From positions 1 to 61,507 of IMG/VR virus record IMGVR_UViG_3300048835_000959: a DNA stretch of 61,507 nucleotides; one strand, 5' to 3'. This DNA is from a virus. Its lineage: Duplodnaviria; Caudoviricetes. The translations under genes were made by a program, and so were the position numbers. The notes under the pieces were generated by a model, which had not been told where the DNA came from, did no database searches, and saw only the letters and a list, made by a program, of their open reading frames with translations. The stretch's first letter is position 1; each line of letters begins with the position of its first letter. Shown in pieces: positions 26,872 to 33,108 of this stretch.

Positions 26872-26915
26872 CGGCTTGATGCGGTTCAAACCGCATGGCT
26901 CATGTGTGTTAACGC
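26872..26915 (+). promoter_or_regulatory. Island repeat copy 7
   Basis: CGGCTTGATGCGGTTCAAACCGCATGGCTCATGTGTGTTAACGC. Confidence 0.75.
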
Positions 26916-26952
26916 GAAAACGATTCACCAACCAAACAACGGAGACCAGTAG

Positions 26953-27267
26953 ATGACCCAACACGACCTCGACCTGACGATCACCAAGATCAGCAATCGC
27001 AACCGCGGTGCTGGCGGGTCTTGGGTGCAAGGCAAGATCAACGACGAATACCGATTCGATGCTTTGGTCTTCGCCGAACACGCAGAACACGAATCGTACG
27101 AATTGAACCAAAGCAAGATTTCGAAGCTTTGGGTTCAACGCCTGGCCGACCGCAAAGTGATGTTCAACTTCGATCGCGGGTTGGATGTGCCAGCGGTCAA
27201 TACAGAGGTGCAGGTGATAGTCGACTTTCTCTGCGAGGGATTGTCGGACTTGGTCTTTGGTCAATAA
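26953..27267 (+). CDS. Conserved-looking phage hypothetical protein
   Basis: GGAG RBS; W..G.I..YRF.ALVF..S.ISKL..NFDRG.D pattern. Confidence 0.8.
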   Translation: MTQHDLDLTITKISNRNRGAGGSWVQGKINDEYRFDALVFAEHAEHESYELNQSKISKLWVQRLADRKVMFNFDRGLDVPAVNTEVQVIVDFLCEGLSDLVFGQ

Positions 27268-27360
27268 GCCGAAACGCAGCACGGACGCGCGTAGTCGATC
27301 GGTGGTTCGATCGGCCTGACGATGGCAGCCAACCACGAACATAGATTTGGAGATACCAAG

Positions 27361-27930
27361 ATGAAGAAGGCAGAAGTAAAGATCGGTGGCAAGTACTATG
27401 CGAACGTTTCTGGCAATCGCTGCGAGATTCGGATCGATGCCGAAAAGCCTCGGGGCGGTTGGGACGCAACTAACCTCGCGACAGGTAAGAAGATTCTTAT
27501 CAAGAGCGCCCAACGCCTGCAGGGCGAAGTGGGTGCGAAACGCGGACGCGCGAAGGTCACCACCGAAGGCAACGTAACCGTTGTCGAGAACGAACCGGTG
27601 ACCGTCGAAACAATCGGAGGCGAATCGTCCACAGCGGTTGCGGTTCTCAAGAAGCCACGTAAGGCAAAGGCGGCATCCAACGAGACCGCCGACGCCGGCG
27701 AGAAGCGATTGAGCTGCGTCGCTGCGGCCTTGAAGGTTCTCAGGGAATCGAGCGAACCGATGAACGCACAAGAGTTGATCACGGCGATGGAAGCCAAGGG
27801 CTATTGGACCAGCCCCGGTGGCAAGACTCCCCACGCGACCTTGTACAGCGCGATCCTCCGCGACCTGGCCAAGGGCGATGACAGCAAGTTCGTGAAGACC
27901 GAACGCGGACGTTTCACCGCTCGAGGCTAG
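27361..27930 (+). CDS. HARE-HTH-like winged-helix domain protein
   Basis: C-terminal AALKVL..PMNAQEL..GKTPHATLYSAILRD..F.K.ERGRF; GGAG RBS. Confidence 0.75.
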   Translation: MKKAEVKIGGKYYANVSGNRCEIRIDAEKPRGGWDATNLATGKKILIKSAQRLQGEVGAKRGRAKVTTEGNVTVVENEPVTVETIGGESSTAVAVLKKPRKAKAASNETADAGEKRLSCVAAALKVLRESSEPMNAQELITAMEAKGYWTSPGGKTPHATLYSAILRDLAKGDDSKFVKTERGRFTARG

Positions 27931-27942
27931 GGGAACGAACCG

Positions 27943-28176
27943 GTGAAACACTTTTACGATTTGCGAACGGTGGATGACCTGGCCGAAGGCGAGATCGCAA
28001 CGCCAGAGCCAGGCATCACCTACGACCTTCGAACGATTAACAATCGCAAGCTCGACGTAGGCAGCGTGGTGGATGTGATCCGCCAGGGCCCGACGCTGTT
28101 CGCCCGAACCACCAGCGGAGACTCGATCGCAGTCTCCGGCCACGGCGCTGCCATCCTGGTGCCGCACGACTTGTAG
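27943..28176 (+). CDS. Small hypothetical protein
   Basis: GTG start 12 nt after the previous stop. Confidence 0.6.
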   Translation: MKHFYDLRTVDDLAEGEIATPEPGITYDLRTINNRKLDVGSVVDVIRQGPTLFARTTSGDSIAVSGHGAAILVPHDL

Positions 28177-28353
28177 ACAAGCCCGAAGCACGGAACGCTT
28201 CCCACCAATCGCCCCACGTTTACACCGTGTGGGCGTTGTCTCGTTGATGCGAACATAAGCCCAGCGCGCAATACAACGCGACACGTCGCGAAATCGCGGT
28301 TCGCCGGCGCAGCCACATGTTTGGAAGAAATTCGCAAAACATGCTCGCATGTT

Positions 28354-28390
28354 GGCTTGATGTTTTTGCGATTCGCTGGCTGACTGTTGA
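28354..28390 (+). promoter_or_regulatory. Degenerate island repeat copy 8
   Basis: GGCTTGA and TGGCT at the same spacing as in copies 1-7, upstream of the last three genes. Confidence 0.45.
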
Positions 28391-28428
28391 GGATCGTCTT
28401 TCGTTTCTCCAACAACTAGGAACCAATC

Positions 28429-28644
28429 ATGGCCAAACCAACTCTTGAGCCAGCAGCTCCCTACGAGAACCTGCACCTCGTAGCACGCGACTACCTCGAT
28501 CGACTGCGTCAATCGCTCGACGCCTTGCAACCACCAGACGACCCAGCACTGCGTTGGCGGAACGTTCACACGATGGCCCAGGTCAACGCACGCTTGGCTC
28601 AAGCCGGCGAACTGCTCGACAAACTCAACGCAACCACCAAATGA
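28429..28644 (+). CDS. Small hypothetical protein
   Basis: AGGA RBS; helical composition. Confidence 0.7.
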   Translation: MAKPTLEPAAPYENLHLVARDYLDRLRQSLDALQPPDDPALRWRNVHTMAQVNARLAQAGELLDKLNATTK

Positions 28645-28656
28645 AACAAGGAACCC

Positions 28657-28887
28657 ATGACTATGCAGACACGATTGAAGAAAGGCGATCGCATCCGTTT
28701 GGTATCGATGCCGCAAGATCCAGATCCAATCCCCGTTGGATCGCTGGGGACCGTCGTTGAAGTCCACGAACACCGCGACTGGACGCAGGTCGATGTCGAT
28801 TGGGACAACGGCCGCTCCCTCATGCTGACGATGCCCGACGATTGTGTCGCCATCGTCGCACCCAACCACCACGAACCATCGAAGTAA
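28657..28887 (+). CDS. DUF4314-like small beta-barrel protein
   Basis: GDRIRLVSM.QDPDPIPVG..GTV..V.WDNGRSL pattern. Confidence 0.75.
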   Translation: MTMQTRLKKGDRIRLVSMPQDPDPIPVGSLGTVVEVHEHRDWTQVDVDWDNGRSLMLTMPDDCVAIVAPNHHEPSK

Positions 28888-28899
28888 GGAAGCCAACCT

Positions 28900-29217
28900 A
28901 TGTCCACAAGAGCAACGATTGCCTGCAAGCAAGAAGACGGTCGCTACGCAGCGATCTACCTTCACTTCGATGGCTACCAAGACCACGCCGGCAGAGTCCT
29001 CAAAGAACATTACACATCGATCGAGTCGGCACGAACGCTGGTCGCAGGCGGCGATATTCGCTCGCTCGCTAACGACGGAACGCCCGAACGATTCACCGAC
29101 GGTAATCGCACCGTTGTCATGCCGACGCGTGCAGCTCTCCACGAGTTCGCGAGGAACTGCGGCACCGAGTATGTTTACGTTTTCGAGGAAGACGCTTGGC
29201 ATAGTCATAAGCTTTGA
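28900..29217 (+). CDS. Conserved-looking phage hypothetical protein
   Basis: MSTRATI..IYLHFDGY..G..L..HY..GDI..EYVYVF pattern. Confidence 0.8.
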   Translation: MSTRATIACKQEDGRYAAIYLHFDGYQDHAGRVLKEHYTSIESARTLVAGGDIRSLANDGTPERFTDGNRTVVMPTRAALHEFARNCGTEYVYVFEEDAWHSHKL

Positions 29218-29234
29218 CGTAATGAATTGTCCCA

Positions 29235-29831
29235 CTACTTTCTATCGCTAGATGGTTTTCGCACTGATTGCACAATGTAAGTTGCGTTCTTTGGCTCTTT
29301 CTTGTCCCATCTCCGGTGACATGGGACACACAGCCATCGGACATCGAGCGGTCTGTCATAGTCATAGTGGGCACCTTCAATTTGCCGATCCGATCCACCG
29401 CATTCTTCACATTCGGTGGGGCGAGCTATCTTTCCGGTCTGAACGTGATAACGAAGTAGACCTTGCGCCCGTCTTGCTTTAGCGGTGGTTTTGCGAATCG
29501 TCATTCTTCCAGTAGATGCCGCTGCATACTTGCAATTCTTCGAACAGAACTTTCGTTTCAAGTGGTCAGCAGGCCCGAAAAGTTGTCCGCAGTTCTTGCA
29601 AACAAGGAATGTTGGTGCACGAAGTAGTTGACCACACAACTCCGAGCACGCTTTCCGGCCTGACTTCCCAACAAAAAGGCGATTGCAAAACTTGCATTGC
29701 CGTATGGCAACGCCGTGGCAGTCCTTGCACCTCGATGCTAGTTTGTTGGTGCCCGATCGATGGAACCGAGTAATCGGTAGTTCCCTTCGACAGAACCTAC
29801 AACGTTTCAAACCGGTTTGAGCGATGTCCAC
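29235..29831 (-). CDS. Zn-finger / HNH-like endonuclease
   Basis: Multiple CxxC motifs; CEECG..EGAHYDY..V.WLC..CH. Confidence 0.7.
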   Translation of the reverse strand: MDIAQTGLKRCRFCRRELPITRFHRSGTNKLASRCKDCHGVAIRQCKFCNRLFVGKSGRKACSELCGQLLRAPTFLVCKNCGQLFGPADHLKRKFCSKNCKYAAASTGRMTIRKTTAKARRAQGLLRYHVQTGKIARPTECEECGGSDRQIEGAHYDYDRPLDVRWLCVPCHRRWDKKEPKNATYIVQSVRKPSSDRK

Positions 29832-31186
29832 GTTGCACCATCCCTTTCACGCACAGGTTCAGTCCCAGTGAACTTAAAGTAGCGCTGGCAGATAACGTCT
29901 GAGTACAACGAATCAAGCTCCATCAGGAATGCGTTGCGTCCAGACTGTTCAGCGCCGATTAGCGTTGAGCCGCTACCTCCGAAAAGATCGAGCACGTTTT
30001 CACCTTGGACCGATGAGTACTGCATCGCGCGGATCGCTAACTCAACGGGCTTCTCCGTCAAGTGGATCATCGACTGTGGATTAACCTTCTTGACCTGCCA
30101 TAGGTCCGTCGCATTCTTGGGCCCGTAGTACTTATGCCCGGCTCCTTCTTTCCAGCCGTAGAACGCCCATTCATGTGCCCCCATGAAATCTTTTCGCGTG
30201 AGTACTGGATGCTGTTTGTCCCAGATGATGGATTGCGAGAAGTACAACCCATGCTTCTTAAGCACTGGTGGATAGTTACCGCAGTTTGCGTAACCGCCCC
30301 AGATGTAGAAACAGCGACCTGGTAGCAAGACGCGTGCAATGTTTCCGAACCAATCGTCAAGCAACTGATCAAAAGCCTCGTCGCTAACGAAGTCATTTGC
30401 TAATGGACGATCTTTCGCACGAAGCTTTTTGTGCGTCGCCGCGTGCTTCGGTTTGCCAGTCTCATGATCGACACCGAATGAAGCAGCGTTTCCTTGACCA
30501 CCTTTGAGTCTCGATGCAGCTCCATCGTTCGTGAACGACGACAGGCCGGCGGCGATTGCGTTGTTCGATCGCGGTTCAACCTTCACGTTGTAAGGCGGAT
30601 CTGTATTGACGAGGTGGATGGCAGCGCCGGCCAGCAAACGATCCAGGTCTGCCGGCGATGAGGAGTTGCCACAAAGCAATCGATGGTTACCGAGGATCCA
30701 AAGATCGCCGGGTTGAGTGACAGCTTCGTCTGGCGGCTCAGGGATCTCGTCCGGATCGGTCAAGCCTTCGTTGACGCCGGTATCCATCAGCTTCGCAAGC
30801 TCTTCAGCATTGAATCCGAGGAGCCCTAGATCGTAGTTCGCTTCCTGCAACGCCGACAACTCGATCGGCAACAGATCGTAATTCCATTCCGCGATCTCAG
30901 CGGTCTTGTTGTCGGCGATGCGATAAGCACGCACCTGCTCTGGTGTGAGGTGCGTCGCGACAACGACCGGCACTCGCTCGAGGCCGAGTTTTTGTGCGGC
31001 CTTCAATCGCGTATGGCCGACGATGATGACGCTGTCGTTATCGACAACAATCGGTTGTGAGAAACCAAACTCCTTGATCGATGCTGCGACTGCGTCAACG
31101 GCTTTATCGTTGTTGCGAGGGTTGTTTTCATAAGGTCGAACGCGATCAAGCGTCCACATTTCAATCTGCAAGGCTGTGGTTGTCAT
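29807..31186 (-). CDS. ParB-like N-terminal domain fused to an N6/N4 DNA methyltransferase
   Basis: PYENNPR..GHTRLKAA..ADNK (ParBc); TDPPY, EKPVEL and VLDLFGGSGST motifs. Confidence 0.9.
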   Translation of the reverse strand: MTTTALQIEMWTLDRVRPYENNPRNNDKAVDAVAASIKEFGFSQPIVVDNDSVIIVGHTRLKAAQKLGLERVPVVVATHLTPEQVRAYRIADNKTAEIAEWNYDLLPIELSALQEANYDLGLLGFNAEELAKLMDTGVNEGLTDPDEIPEPPDEAVTQPGDLWILGNHRLLCGNSSSPADLDRLLAGAAIHLVNTDPPYNVKVEPRSNNAIAAGLSSFTNDGAASRLKGGQGNAASFGVDHETGKPKHAATHKKLRAKDRPLANDFVSDEAFDQLLDDWFGNIARVLLPGRCFYIWGGYANCGNYPPVLKKHGLYFSQSIIWDKQHPVLTRKDFMGAHEWAFYGWKEGAGHKYYGPKNATDLWQVKKVNPQSMIHLTEKPVELAIRAMQYSSVQGENVLDLFGGSGSTLIGAEQSGRNAFLMELDSLYSDVICQRYFKFTGTEPVRERDGATWTSLKPV

Positions 31187-31245
31187 AATGCAATCCTTTG
31201 GGGTTTTATTGATGAACTTGGTAAATCGGCTAGCAAAAGCACTGG

Positions 31246-32046
31246 TTAGTGCTCGTTCGTGGGTGTCGCTCGTTGGTTGTCTGCAACCTGCTTGCAGAGC
31301 AAAATGAATTCGTCTTGTGACAACGTGTGTTTTGCCCGATTGGCTGCTTTTGAAACTAATTGCGAGTTTTCAATGCTGAAGTCTCCACCACTCGAGATTG
31401 GGACGATGTGATCAATCGCAACATCATCAGGACTTAGCACGTCGCCCGTTAATGCGCAGCGATAGTTCTGTTCCTCCAGGAGCGCAAATAGGTCGGGGAG
31501 TGAGAGCTTCGACGGATGTGATGCAAGCGCCCCTTTGGTTCGCCGTCGACATAGCGCAGCAACAAAGCGAATAAAATGGATTCCACCATTTTCAGATTCG
31601 ATCTGGGGCGTTTCTTTGCGATACCGAAGCAACTGCCGTTCGTTAAGAACATTGCCGAGGCCTGCATCGTTGATCAGCCGCTTGAGCTGTGATGGCCGAA
31701 GTACAATCCGGCCCCAATCTAAATGTCCCTGAGTCGAATCCCCGATACTCTGATGCTCAGCGCGTATTCCCAGGTCCCTCTGTTGAGCGCACTCAGAACC
31801 CTCGTCCGCTGGTCTACTCTTGCCTTGATCAGAGCTTCCTTCCAAGTCAAACATTTCGAGCTGTTTGACTTGCTCGAACACTTGCATTTCAAATGACGCT
31901 GAGAACGTATTCGCTGCGCTGTGCATAGACAGAGAAGCGTTTGCCTCCAGGGATCGTTCCTTCTCCGAGATTGCGCTGCTTTCGTTCTCGCACTCGCCAA
32001 AGCATCGCTCAGGGCAAGCTTCCATTGAGCTGTTAAATTCATTCAT
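31246..32046 (-). CDS. HNH endonuclease with a TerL-N-like HTH domain
   Basis: C-terminal CALTG..IDHIVPISSGG..N..L..AN..K; AAAGGAG RBS before ATG 32046. Confidence 0.75.
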   Translation of the reverse strand: MNEFNSSMEACPERCFGECENESSAISEKERSLEANASLSMHSAANTFSASFEMQVFEQVKQLEMFDLEGSSDQGKSRPADEGSECAQQRDLGIRAEHQSIGDSTQGHLDWGRIVLRPSQLKRLINDAGLGNVLNERQLLRYRKETPQIESENGGIHFIRFVAALCRRRTKGALASHPSKLSLPDLFALLEEQNYRCALTGDVLSPDDVAIDHIVPISSGGDFSIENSQLVSKAANRAKHTLSQDEFILLCKQVADNQRATPTNEH

Positions 32047-32100
32047 CGAAACTCCTTTCAAAGTAAAATCCGGACAAAAACAAACTGAGCTATCTAGCGC

Positions 32101-32147
32101 GGCTGTTCCCGCAGCCCAATGGCGCGTCAAATTTCTGGGGAGGACCC
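32101..32147 (-). other. Putative lambda-like cos site (cosQ-cosN)
   Basis: Minus strand GGGTCCT-N23-GGGCTGCGGGAA, the same spacing as lambda GGGTCCT-N23-GGGCGGCGACCT; upstream of the HNH/terminase operon. Confidence 0.55.
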
Positions 32148-32564
32148 ATCCGTTGGGGGCTCGCGATTTCGTCGCAACTTGCGACTGAGTGCCACTCTGG
32201 CAGACGCGCCGTGGGGCCCGCATTGGCGCACTGACGCGTCATCGTGCTGAGTGGGCGTGTGAGGCGAATCTGCCGCGATGTCGCGTAACGACGCGAACGT
32301 TGCGATCCTAGAAACGAATTCACCGCACCAGTCGTTTGAAATCACGATGGGGAAAGATCGCTGAAGATCATTCGACTCAGCCACTTCTGGCTTGATCGAT
32401 GCGATGGGTGGGAATCTGCGGCACTCTCCTGCAATGAGATCTTCTGGCACCAGCAGTGCGCGATCGACGAACGGGTCGGGAGCGAAGTACTTGCATTCCG
32501 AACAGTACTGGTTGTTGGGAGCATCAGGGTATGGACCGGGATGATTCAAGCTTGTCAGCTTCAA
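32127..32564 (-). CDS. Small Cys-containing phage protein
   Basis: CSECKYF..GECRRFPP..FP..DWCGEF motifs; AAGGAG before TTG 32564. Confidence 0.5.
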   Translation of the reverse strand: MKLTSLNHPGPYPDAPNNQYCSECKYFAPDPFVDRALLVPEDLIAGECRRFPPIASIKPEVAESNDLQRSFPIVISNDWCGEFVSRIATFASLRDIAADSPHTPTQHDDASVRQCGPHGASARVALSRKLRRNREPPTDGSSPEI

Positions 32565-32667
32565 ACGAGTTCTCCTTGGAAGAGTGGAAACGGAAACCAG
32601 AGATCGCGAGTGCGATGGAAAGATTGACTTGGTCTCCCAAGTCCGAGCGCCGAGTGAAAACCCGCTG

Positions 32668-33106
32668 GCGAGGTTAGCGAGGTTAGGCGAGGTTATTTTC
32701 AGCCCGTTTCTATATGCGTGATTTTTTATCACGCGCATGCGCACGCACGCGTGCGTACATGTGAGCATAGGAGGAAATAACCTCGCTAACCTCGCTTTTG
32801 ATAAAAACACCAATGTTTTCAGGGGTTTGCAGGGCGAGGTTATGCCCAAAACCATAACCTCGCTTAACCTCGCTAACCTCGCCAATGGCAACCATCGGCA
32901 AAACACATCTAAGCATGGGTAAACACAGGACTTAGAACGGATTTCGAATAGATTACGAGGCTCACGGAAGGTGCTCGAACCGCACTTGCGCGCAGATAAA
33001 TTGCAAACATCAAACACACTGAGCGCACCGCTCCAAGTGGCGTAATTCAATACATCACGACGATTGCGGACCTGAAAAATGTCCTCGCTAACCTCGCTAA
33101 CCTCGC
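32668..33106. repeat. Iteron cluster, putative replication origin
   Basis: 11 exact AACCTCGC/GCGAGGTT octamers in both orientations immediately downstream of the primase gene. Confidence 0.7.
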
Positions 33107-33108
33107 CG

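Larger units (their letters stand above)
23437..29235 (-). other. 1932-codon stop-free antisense ORF spanning the whole plus-strand island
   Basis: ORF track; GTG start overlaps the TAG of 29235..29831; exactly in codon register with 12 plus-strand genes; product has no recognisable domain. Confidence 0.7.

Noticed and set aside
23463-26915. Island repeats as a CRISPR array
   Set aside because: Spacings are about 330-1150 bp and contain whole genes; no cas operon; the repeat has promoter-like fixed spacing
23463-28390. Island as an integron cassette array
   Set aside because: No tyrosine integrase (IntI) in the window and the repeats lack attC RYYYAAC/GTTRRRY ends
23437-29235. 1932-aa ORF as a conventional folded protein, or as a trivial antisense shadow
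   Set aside because: No motifs and mirror-image composition argue against a normal protein. A trivial shadow cannot explain 11 mod-3 gaps and stop-free intergenic DNA. Reported as a finding instead
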